A DNA stretch of 63,722 bases, counting the filler, from Octopus bimaculoides (taxonomy: Eukaryota): NCBI RefSeq assembly GCF_001194135.2. It is 4 parts of 4 records of this genome, joined end to end, with 100 filler letters (N's around TTAATTAATTAA, not from the genome) between each part and the next. Parts side by side here need not be neighbours in the genome. Positions count along the whole stretch, not along the records: positions 49,268 to 60,043 come from NC_069001.1; positions 60,144 to 63,722 come from NC_068982.1; 2 more parts are not named here. The stretch is one strand, 5' to 3'. Below, piece by piece: positions 53,178 to 63,722 of the stretch. Both the position numbers and the translations under genes were made by a program. The notes beneath the pieces were generated by a model. The model had not been told where the DNA came from and made no database searches. It saw only the letters and a list, made by a program, of their open reading frames with translations. How positions within the stretch are numbered: position 1 is the first letter of the stretch; the number at the start of each line of letters is the position of its first letter.

Positions 53178-53650
53178 CGCTAAGATTATCCGTCTGATAA
53201 GGGTATACCAGGCACATGCATCACAACTATTGTTTAATATAGATGTTTTCGATCTAGTTTGGATTTTTGCCATCAAATTTGAATTCTTTGCCATCAAGTT
53301 TGATGGCAAAGAATCCAAACTAGATCGAAAACATCTATATATTTTTGTTTAATACATTGTTAATGTTGCTTTTTATGTTCTGTTACAATAAAAACGATTG
53401 TACATTAATTTGATGGATTACTGTATAATTTTGAATAGTGCAAATTTATCATTCTTAAACAAGAATATTATTGACTGTAGCTTCGAAGTTTCGGCTAGTT
53501 AAACCATCGTTTGACTGCCAATTAAGACATCGTCCGCCGATGGCTTAACTAACCGAAACTTCGAAGTCACTGTCAATAATATACTTTGTTAAGAATAATA
53601 TACACACACACATACACACGCGCACACACACACACACACTCACATACACA

Positions 53651-54130
53651 CAGGGTGCGATGGGTAAATTGTTGCCATTTTATATTTTTAATTTCGGGCA
53701 TGCTTATTGTTTGTTTTTCATTTTGTTGACTACACAGTATAGTAGGATCAGTTGGGCACCGTCTGCGAGAAAGACAGCACCATGATGCAATTTACTCAGC
53801 CAGGAATTTGGAAACGGCTTCTTGTACAGCTTGGCATTCGTGCTCGAAGCTCCAGTACGAACAGATGGTGAACACACAGAACAACCGTTGGCTTGCTGTG
53901 TCCCCAGAACATGTACCAAGAGTGATAAAAACCACACATCCAGTTTGGAGTGATTTCTAGTGATGGTGACATCATGCCTCAATTCGTCTTCCTACACGGC
54001 CTCAGACTCAACACACAGATCCTACATCAAGTGCCTGGACGAAGTAGTGCTTCCCTGCGTTAAGAGAGTGGCTGTTGGAAGACCCCATGTTTGGCAACAG
54101 GACTCTGCACCATGCCACATAGCCGTATAA
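53651..54130 (+). mobile_element. Tc1/mariner transposon remnant (catalytic-domain fragment)
   Basis: Starts CAGGGTG (TIR-like). Frameshifted FGVISSDGDIMPQFVFLHGLRLNTQ/YIKCLDEVVLPCVKRVAVGRPHVWQQDSAPCHIA with the QQDSAPxH second-D motif. Confidence 0.8.
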
Positions 54131-54134
54131 GCAG

Positions 54135-54345
54135 CACTTGTTACTGTACGAGGTCAACCGGATTTTCCTTTCCACACATCACACACTGCTCCAGTGTTTC
54201 GAACGTATCGCCAATCCGTGAAATTGTCAGGCGTATTGGAGGCTCTGTTCTAAACTCACGTCTCTATTACTGCTGAATTGTGACAACATTCTCAAATTTG
54301 AAATACCACTTTAAAATGGTCTTATGTTCCGTAAACAACAACCAT
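54135..54345 (-). mobile_element. Second Tc1/mariner-type remnant, N-terminal HTH region
   Basis: MVLFTEHKTILKWYFKFENVVTIQQ**RREFRTEPPIRLTISRIGDTFET/GAVCDVWKGKSG*PRT resembles the N-terminus of DUF4817-type transposases. Confidence 0.7.
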
Positions 54346-54739
54346 AATTCTGCCATTTTGTCACATTTACTTACAATAGCACCAAGAAGTCATAAGAAAG
54401 TTTCTAGTTTTTTTTTTAAATCTCAAAATAACACCCATTGACTATGCTATACATCAACAGTTGCTCAAGTGCAAAATAGCTTTTTCAGTATCACATCTCA
54501 CCAACAGCAAAAATTACGGTATTTTTAAAATGAAAAAGTTTTTGAGTACTTTTCACTTAAATTCTAAAAGAAATTAAGGATACCCAACCACTTTGATAAA
54601 GGTCAAAAGAAAAAAAAAACAAAAACAAAAAAGAGGCGGGGCAAAAAAAGGTTAAAGGTAACTTAATTAATTCCTTAATGTTTGAATAAATTTACTATCA
54701 AAATATCTTTTGGCGGATTATATATATGTATATATATAT

Positions 54740-55061
54740 CACACGTCAAAGTCACCAGCCCTCTTCCACGCACATATACATACTCTCTTATACACGGCCA
54801 CACGCGCCTTCGTTTTGGGATCACCACTACTTTATTATCTCCCCTTCTTCCTAGCTCCCCTGTGTGACCCCTCTGTCCGGCATTCGCCAAGATAGATCGC
54901 TATCCACTACACATTCTTTATTTTCTTTCCTTGTTTCTTTCCGTGTTCTTTTCTGTGGAAGAGCGTAGGCTCGAAACGTTAAAAACTTTTTCACTTTCCG
55001 AGCGTTAAACTAATACATCTGTCTTCGTCTTTTGTTGTTTTTTTTTTGTGAATTCTACCCC

Positions 55062-55062
<1 letters not shown>
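54740..55062 (+). mobile_element. Small non-coding element flanked by (TA)n carrying a hammerhead-like motif; related to the 48.3-kb element
   Basis: (TA)n on both sides. Pyrimidine-rich leader, hammerhead-like motif, then GAGCGT-N4-CTAATAC shared with the 48.3-kb element. Confidence 0.55.
54949..54984 (+). ncRNA. Candidate variant-core hammerhead ribozyme (CUGUGGA instead of CUGANGA)
   Basis: TTTT-CTGTGGA-A-GAGC-GTAG-GCTC-GAAACGTT-AAAA. Same architecture as 48352-48386; predicted cleavage after 54980. Confidence 0.5.
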
Positions 55063-55126
<64 letters not shown>

Positions 55127-55345
55127 TGGCGTTTGCTGAATTTTCTTGAGAACAATCTTTTCTTAGTGGTCAGACGATAGGTGGTCTTCTTCTAGCATAA
55201 TGGATGTCCAATTAGTGGTCATCCCTCTTATATGGATGTAATATAATTTTTCTGAATCTTCAGATTTTTCAGTATGCTAGGCCACTGTTTTTAAATTGAT
55301 ATTAATTAAATTAATACTCAATTTTTCACCCTTATTATTTAAATT

Positions 55346-55417
<72 letters not shown>

Positions 55418-55722
55418 GCATGCATGTCTAATACGAACCAAGCGAGCATGTGGCCACTGTAGCGATAGAGATGAGACGCACTTCTGATTGAATTCGATTT
55501 TTAATTAATTTTAAGTAATTAAAAATCTCTGGTTTCTTAACCAGTCGTTTAGAAAATTATTGCCTCGACACCAATAGTGTAATTTTTATTAATTAAAATA
55601 TTTTGGTTTAATGAATTAAGCCTGTGTGTCTACATGCTTGCCTCTCTGCCCACCTTTCTCTAAGTTTCTTAATCTATCTATCTATCTATCTATCTATCTA
55701 TATCTAACTTTCTGCCTGTCTG

Positions 55723-55755
<33 letters not shown>

Positions 55756-57171
55756 TTGTCCATCTATTTATCTACCTATTTATCTATTTGTCCATCTATC
55801 TATCTAATTATTGCTCTACACTTGCCTAACAAACACTTTGCTCGTAAAATATTTTATATTGACCAACTTAAAATACAGAAACACACATAATAATAAATAC
55901 AGCCCGCCATCATTTGGATATAAATTCCGCCATTCAACTTAACCCAAGTAGCGAGAGTTTCCCCTTAAGTTACGTAGTAATTACTTCGATCAACAGTTTA
56001 AATACTATAGGATTTTAATAAGAGAAAATAAAACATTTTTACTTTACCATATCAAATTTTGTACGCAGTAACTCCTTATAACTTACATAAGTTTAGTTCA
56101 CAACCTTATGGTAACCCTGATTATAACTAGAGCCTTAATACTAATTTCTGTAATATTAACCCTAGTAATGTCCTCTAGACTTGAAATATCTAGATAATGA
56201 TACAGTTTATATGTGCAACATAACGAACAATTTATTACTCATATACGTATAGACCTGACTGGTACACCTTTCAAGTCACAACCTTATAACCATAAGTACA
56301 CTTTTAGGAACTTTAATAGCAAAAAATTAAACTTCACCTTAAAAAATTATAAGATGCCTGAAAAATAGGAACATTAATTACATAATTAAATAGAGCATTG
56401 TTTTTAGAGCTAAGTCATACATCGACAACAAGAGATCGTGCAATTTCTGCACTACGGAAAGTTTAGAAACCAATTCGCCAAAGGAGCTGTCCGAAATAAA
56501 CATATTGAAAGAACTTCTTTCTGCAAAGATAAGTCCTTGAAAATGTTGCTCATTATAAAACCAGATAATTAGCAATATGCTACTACTAGCTGAACCCTAC
56601 AACCTTTTTTCCTTTATTTTATTGGACTTTTGTCACACTGATTCATTCCAAATTTCAGAGTATAAACCCCTTTTTCTTTGTTTATTGATTTACACTAGAA
56701 CTTAACTCTGTGATGCTTGTAATTTAATGCCTCTTTGTCTCACATAACTTCCAAGATTATTATTATTATTATTACCATTATTATTATTATTATCATTACC
56801 ATTATTATTATTACCATTATTATCATTACCATTATTATTATTATTATAGAAAGGATTGAGGTAACTCCTCCTGAAGATATAGAGTCAAAATTAAAAGAAG
56901 AGTGCCATTGTTATGTAGTGAACGATATTTCGACATCTTGTGTATCTTCAACTGGTTCAAAAAATAAATTTGTCAATCTACTTCATTTTGGTTAATATAT
57001 TATTATTTTTTAAATTTTTATTATTATTATTATCATCATTATTATCATTATCATTATCATCATCATCATTATTATTATTATTATTTTTATTATTATTATC
57101 ATTATCATTATTATTATTATTTTTATTATTGTTATTATTATTTTTATCATTATTATTATTATCATTATTAA

Positions 57172-57365
57172 GTTGAGCAGGCAGAATCATTAGCACGCCG
57201 TACATTATGCTTAGCGGCGTTTCCACAGTCTTTGTTCTGAGTTCAAATTCCACCGAGGTCGATTATGCCTTTCATCCTTTCGGCGGCGATAAATTAAGTA
57301 CCAGTTGAGCGCTGGGGTCGACGTAATCAGCTTACACTTCCTGAAAATTTCTAGCCTTGTGCCTC
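57172..57365 (+). mobile_element. SINE family A
   Basis: gcagaatcattagcacgccg..gttcaaattccaccgaggtcga..gataaattaagtaccag. Confidence 0.8.
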
Positions 57366-57845
57366 ACTCCCACTCATTTACCGACTCAATTTCACTCACA
57401 CTTAATTCTCTAGTCCACACTGAACTCCTACCAGCACTATTATCACCACCGCCATCATCACCAAAACTACTACCATCATTATTATGACGACGACGTCGAC
57501 TACCACCACCACCACCACCATTCTATATGAGACTGGGAGACGCCATCTTGAATGACTTGTGAAACCAAACTAGCAATATGTCAGCGACAGTGAATAATTC
57601 AAATCGAGTAAATATATCAAACGTTGGGGGTTAAAACATTGCAGCATGGTCATTATATCAACACACGGACACGTACACACACACTAACACACACACACAC
57701 ACACACATTCATGCGTACATATATACGCACACAACCCCAAATATGTGCGAATGCATCACATACAGATATTTGCGTCAGAGTATCGTTTTCTCTCTCCCGC
57801 TTTCTCTTTGTTCGTCTGCCTGTGTATGTACACCCACACACACAC

Positions 57846-57890
<45 letters not shown>

Positions 57891-57989
57891 GTTTGTTTTG
57901 TATCACTATTTATCTGTCTCTTTCCTTCCGCTTTCGTATTCCTTATTCTGATTTATAAATACTTGAAAAAAATATATATATATAGATAG

Positions 57990-58054
<65 letters not shown>

Positions 58055-59349
58055 TGTATGCGTGCATGTGTGTGCGTATGAGTGTGTGCATATGTGTATT
58101 TATGTATGTATGTGTATATGCATGTATATGTATACATACATATATGTAAATATACATATATACATATATATATGCATATATGTGTGTGTGTGTGTGTGTG
58201 TGTGTACTGTTTGTTTTCTAGCACCTTTGAATCCTTCGCTTTCCACCCACCTTCACATTTTTTAACTCTGATATAGAAATAAATCTCAAAATACTTCCAG
58301 CGTAAATATATTTAGCAACAAAGGCTCCGGGCTTACTTCCGGTAATGGACACCGGAAGAAACTTCGATCATTTTAAAGACATGTCTTGTCAAAAATTTGT
58401 ATAAAGCAGGCGGCAGAGAAAATGGAAGTATTTCGTTATTGTTGTTGTTGTTGTTGTCATTGCACAGCACACATTCAGTTTGATAGAGCAGATTTAACGA
58501 TCAAAGAGATTCGCCTTGTCAAAATCCCGTCATTTGTATTCACACATTGTATTTAGAACGACGTTGTTCAGCGAATTTTTCTTTATTTAAGACAATATGG
58601 AAAAGATGTGGGATATTTAACTACTATTTCTTCTACGACGAGCGACTACTTTGAGAATTCCAATGTTTGATCGATATACACACTCCCTGTGGAATTTAGG
58701 CTATCGATGATTTATCTTCACTGTTCTTCATCCAGCGCTGTCTTTTCTGCTTCTCTTCAGTTGGATCACTGCTTTTCGGCTCTTTCTCAACACCCCATAT
58801 GCTTCCCCAAGAGAAGACCTTCCTCTTACAGGCTCTGTTAGTTTTGAATTACACTGTGCAACACGATGTTTGTCCTTGGGTAGCAATTGTTAGTTCCTAT
58901 TTGCTTAACCCTAGGAAGTATGAAAAATGGCTAATATTCCCTTCAAACTTTTCTTTTGTTACATTTATTCAAACCCCAAAAGAATGCCTCTCAACACATG
59001 GCTATAATGCTCCCACACTACCCCTGCTCATGATTAAAGATGCACATATTGTCAGCTACTAAGGAACATAATCATGTGGTTAAAGTCAAGCAACTGTGGT
59101 ATTGAGCAGAATATTTGCTATGACGATATTTCTGCTTCAACAACTCAGTGATGAATCTGTCTGAAATGTACAGGAAAATTCGTCAGTTTCAAAACATTGA
59201 TGTCGAGGTCACAAAAGCAAAGTTTGAAGGGAATAGTAGTCCTTTCATTTGATTTCTAGATAGAAGCAAATAGAAAATAACACTTACTGACCAAAGAAAA
59301 ACATATTACGCAGTTATCGTCGAAGCTTCCGTAACTTTGCTTTCTTTCT

Positions 59350-59545
59350 AGATAGGAGTGTTGGTCTTATGTAAACCCATCTTTACCTCTGGGCAAAAGA
59401 GGTCCATATTAGTCTGGCCTTTATCCTTTGACCTGTCCGACATAGGTGTCTCTACCAGGAGCTTGCACTCCACAGGCATGGCTCTCAAGGTCATTGAAGG
59501 CACACAAGCCACCACGTCACAACAGGGACTGAACACTGTGGTGTT
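59350..59545 (+). mobile_element. RTE-type LINE 5' UTR-like fragment
   Basis: ggcatggctctcaaggtcattgaaggcacacaagccaccacg resembles a motif I recall from RTE 5' regions; no coding part follows. Confidence 0.4.
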
Positions 59546-59785
59546 CGGATCAATATGCCACACTTCTGTTACTGGCTCCACCGCCAGGAAAGAGGGATTT
59601 GAATAAAAGAGGTCGTTTGGTTTTCTGTGTAATCAAATTCATGTTAAATATGACGGAAAGGAAATTGGGATTTGTCTTTGTTTTTCTCTGCCTGCCTGTT
59701 TCTCTCCCCACTCTCTCTTTATGTATGCACCGATTTAGGTTTTATTATTCAATTTTCTCTCCAAACAAACAGGAAGAACTGGCCT

Positions 59786-60043
59786 CCAACCCAGATGCAC
59801 AGCTGCCTCAATGGAATGTGAAGCAGCTGTGCATCAAACGTTAGGGCCAAAACATTGTAAGATAGCCATTATATCAAAACACGTATACAATCACACACAC
59901 ACACACACACATACACGTACGTTTGAATGTGTGCGTGTGTGTTTGTATACGTGTTTTGAGAAAATAACTATATTACAATGTTTTAACCCCAACCCAGATG
60001 CACAGCTGCCTCAATGGAATGTGAAGCAGCTGTGCATCAAACG
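59786..60043. repeat. Hairpin H + 154-bp palindrome + second direct copy of H (203-bp period)
   Basis: 59786-59840 equals 59989-60043; 59840-59993 is a fold-back. Confidence 0.85.
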
Positions 60044-60280
60044 NNNNNNNNNNNNNNNNNNNNNNNNNNNNNNNNNNNNNNNNNNNNTTAATTAATTAAN
60101 NNNNNNNNNNNNNNNNNNNNNNNNNNNNNNNNNNNNNNNNNNNCCCCCACAAGAAAAGCTCTGCTTTGTAATTTGTCCATTTTCTGTATTTAGCCCTGTG
60201 TGGCTATAATAAAAAGATATCTATCTATCTACCTATCTATCTCTCTATTATCCATCTATCTATCTATAATCTGTCTATCT

Positions 60281-60510
60281 TATTTATTTATTGCCCACAA
60301 GGGGCTAAACATAGAGGGGACGAAGAAGGACAGACAAACGGATTAAGTCGATTATATCGACCCTAGTACGTAACTGGTACTTAATTTATCGACCCCGAAA
60401 GGATGAAAGGCAAAGTCAACGTCAGCGGAATTTGAACTCAGAAGGTAACGACAGACGAAATACCGCTAAGCATTTCGCCCGGCGTGCTAACGTTTCTGCC
60501 AGCTCGCCGC

Positions 60511-60511
<1 letters not shown>
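60281..60511 (-). mobile_element. SINE family A, near full length, CpG intact
   Basis: ggcggcgagctggcagaaacgttagcacgccgggcgaaatgcttagcgg..gttcaaattcc..actttgcctttcatcctttcggggtcgataaattaagtaccagt; multiple homologous copies in the window. Confidence 0.85.
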
Positions 60512-60551
<40 letters not shown>

Positions 60552-60571
60552 GTCACATATATGTATATATA

Positions 60572-60715
60572 CACGACGGGTCTGTGTAGAGTTTTTCCAT
60601 TTACTAAACTCACTCATAAAGCTTTGGTTAGACTTATGCCCGTGGTGCTACGCTGTGGGATCGAATCTGAAGCCACCTAGTTGCAATGAGATCTTTTTAA
60701 TCACACAGCCAAGCC
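60572..60715 (-). mobile_element. SINE family B, diverged
   Basis: acgacggg..aaactcactcataaagctttgg..cacagcc. Confidence 0.55.
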
Positions 60716-62489
60716 TTCACGTATATATATATATATATATATATCATACACAGTTATATCACTATTCATTAGTTTAGGGCGGTCTGTCATATGTGCGTCT
60801 CGGAAATTGCTCAGTGTTTAAGCTCAATGTGATTCTAATATGCATGCAGCGCATTTCGGGTATGTTATGGTTTGTTATATACACTGTAATACTTGATATA
60901 ATATTTAGTAAAAGCGTAACCGAATGGTTAAGCTGTTTACTTCAGAATCATGAGGCTACGATTCAATTCTCAACTGGTGTTATTCTGAAGCAAGAGGCAT
61001 TTATCACATTCATGATCCCTTTAATCATTATGAGTCGAAGTGGGCAATTGGGGAATATATTGAAGCTCATTAGATGAAATGTATCTGTAATTCTTCCATG
61101 TTTGTCGAATAATCGACCACATTTTATGTTAAATATACAAATAGGCTGTTCTATTGGTCGAGCAATTGAAACACTTGTCATCAAGAGCGAAGGAAGTCCA
61201 CTTATCTATTTTTCGTTTATTGTATTGACTCCTGAACGGGGACATAACAAATTGAGTTGAACGTGAACTGAGAGTTTAAAAAGATTTTGCAGCTTTACCC
61301 TTTTTTTTCTACCCGCCTCCATTTACTAGGAGCCGACGAGATATCCTCTTCGTGGTTGCTTAAAATGCTCGACATAGCAGTCAAACTTTCCTTAAATTTC
61401 CCATCCCCTAATATGTTCAGCAAGATGATACACATGATTATAACACTGCGCAATACAGCATACAAACAATGAATATTTCTTATCCTGTCATTGTTAAACA
61501 TGCAATAAGTGGATAAAAAACGGAATAGCAATAACTGCATCGTTTTTAATAATAAGTATATTTAAACAGTTTAACTAGGATTAAACAGAAACAGCGACAG
61601 TTTTCCATTTATCCAAACTAATAAATTCTTCAGAACACATTCATCAATACGATGTTAAACGTAGTATCTGTTTCTTTACCAGAACTATTTAACAGAATAA
61701 CACCCTTCTCCCCTTCTTGTATAGGTACCATATAGATTCCTATATGGTATTTGTTCAACCACTGGCTTCAAACAATTTTTAATGAATTAAACGATATTGG
61801 TATCAAAATATTTCTGTCATTCACTATAACTCGAATATTTGGCATAACCGTGATCACCCTCCTCTTGGAGCATAATTATAACAATATAATGGTTATAATT
61901 AACAATTAATGTTGTTATGATTATATTACATGACATTCTACTTTCTTTACAGGTGAGATATTATCAAAACTGTGAATAATAAATCTATTCCAAATTTAGT
62001 TTGAAACAAACACTAATATAACAGACTTGCAAACGTGCTTAGCACCTCTGTTCAAGAGCCAAACAAGGAACACTTATGCTGTCGCCCGACATGATATAAT
62101 TAGAAACCCGCTGTCTTAGAAATTTATGATTTATGACTGTACTCTATATGTCATAGAATAGAGGACATGGTGGTGAAGCCTGCAAGATAAAACGCGCTGT
62201 ACAAAATCATACAGGGATCACTCAAATAGACTATTCTGCATCAAACGAACACTGAAACCCTTAAAAGATGTTTACTTCATTTAATGGAAGAACAATAGCG
62301 CTAGACATGCGATGTTCTGTTATAATTATCTCCCATCTTTATGTCAATGACCATCGAACAATACAAATGGTGTTTTGATTATATTACATGACATTCTACT
62401 TTTTCCACAGGTGAAGCATTATCAAAACTGTGTATAATAATTCTATTCCAAATGTATTAACACGTCGCGCAGAAATTGAACTTGGCTGT

Positions 62490-62655
62490 GTAGGCGCAGG
62501 CGTGGGTTTGTAGTAAGAAGCCTGCTTCCCAACCTCATGGTTCCACGTTCAGTCCCACTGCATGGCACCTTGGGCAAGTGTCTTTTCTAGCTTGGGGTCG
62601 ACCAAAATATTGTGAATGGATATTGTAGACGGAAACTGAAAAAAGCCCGTCATAT
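62490..62655 (+). mobile_element. SINE family B with (TA)n tail
   Basis: ggcgcaggcgtgg..ggttccacgttcagtcccactgcatggcaccttgggcaagtgtc..gtagacggaaactgaaaaaagcccgtc. Confidence 0.8.
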
Positions 62656-62668
62656 ATATACATATACA

Positions 62669-62754
<86 letters not shown>

Positions 62755-62799
62755 AGTGTGTGTGTGTAGGAGTGGGTGCTTGTATGTGTGTGCGTGTGG

Positions 62800-62965
62800 T
62801 GTGTTGTGTGGGGGGCGGGTTACGTTCCCGTAATATTACCAGTTCGGTAATAAGAGATCGATAGAATAAGCACAATGCTTAACAAATAATAAACATTGGG
62901 GATCGATTCATTCGACTAAACACCCTTCAAGGCGATGCCCTAGCATGGCTGCAGTCTAATGAATA
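62800..62965 (-). mobile_element. SINE family C
   Basis: gatcgatagaataagcac..cgattcattcgactaaa..aaggcgatgccctagcatggctgcagtc. Confidence 0.7.
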
Positions 62966-63454
62966 AAACATGTACAAAATAAAAGATAAAAGATTACAAA
63001 AACAAATATAAAATACACTGATAAAGTATAAAATGTTATTCTCAGAAAGGTGTTTTTGCACGGATAATGGCCAAGACATTTATGGAATTACAATATAGCA
63101 CACTACCTTAAGAAATTGGACGGACCATACTACCACGGGAGTGGACTCATAACATATGTAAAATCATGCATCATATACATAGATACCACAAACGTCATTG
63201 GAAGAGTGACAAGGCACAACAATGCACTCAAAGTGTAAGCATACAAATAACAAAGCAACACGTTAATGTAATAAACACCTTCACATAGAGATGAATGGAC
63301 CGTGCGTCAATGAACAAGTGATGTAGTCAATATATTTGCTAGAAATAGCAGCAAAATCACGCCTAATTACAGCGTAACGTCTTAAAAGTGGTCACTTTTG
63401 ATAACGCAATCACACACATATACACAAGATACAAACATGTACACCTTTTATCCT

Positions 63455-63660
63455 TTAATTGTTTCAGACATTAGACTGCGGCCATACTGGGGCACTGCCT
63501 TCAAATACTTTTCGTCCAGTGAGTCGACCCCGGGACCTCTCTGTAAAGTCAAGTACTTATTCTATCGTTCCCTCCTTCCGAACCGCTAGGTTACGGGTAC
63601 GTAAACACACCAACACCGGCTGTTAAGCTGTGGTTGGGAACAAACACAGGCACAAAGACA
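63455..63660 (+). mobile_element. SINE family C
   Basis: ttgtttcag..gactgcggccat.ctgg.gcac.gcct..cgacccc..gtacttattctatcg..gaaccgctaggttacggg..cgtaaacacacc. Confidence 0.75.
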
Positions 63661-63688
63661 CACACACATACACACACACACACGCACA

Positions 63689-63722
<34 letters not shown>

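Noticed and set aside
54675-54895. ORFs MANAGQRGHTG.. and MADYIYVY..
   Set aside because: They fall inside the non-coding hammerhead-bearing repeat.
405-63589. Most ORFs in the supplied track (poly-HT, YI, CV, SL, H, D, M, or X-filled)
   Set aside because: They are translations of (CA)n, (TA)n, (CT)n, (CAT)n and (CAC)n microsatellites or N gaps, not genes.

Overview
AT-rich, microsatellite-dense, gap-riddled draft animal genomic DNA. The SINE families and simple-repeat load look like an octopod (Octopus-like) genome; this is an inference from remembered repeat motifs, not a search. Only one coding region is well supported: a 1097-bp terminal exon on the minus strand (33822-34918) encoding a Ser/Pro/Thr-rich disordered tail, a C-terminal coiled coil and a class-I PDZ-ligand-like end (..RESII*). 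I cannot name the gene or confidently place its upstream exons. The rest is intron/intergenic sequence containing at least five SINE-type families, a decayed RLE-type (R4/Dong-like) LINE, a Penelope-like GIY-YIG remnant, Tc1/mariner remnants, MITEs and satellites. The best novel leads are: (1) three minimal type-I hammerhead-ribozyme-like motifs (44137, 48352, 54949). Two of them sit in related small elements embedded in (TA)n, have a loopless palindromic ACGU stem III (dimer-type) and share a downstream motif; one has a variant CUGUGGA core. (2) A series of long fold-back hairpins between 46.9 and 60 kb. (3) A 10-bp satellite with a 240-bp higher-order repeat. (4) A CpG-decay contrast suggesting a second, unannotated methylated gene body below about 27.9 kb. 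Almost all ORFs in the supplied track are microsatellite or N-gap artefacts.
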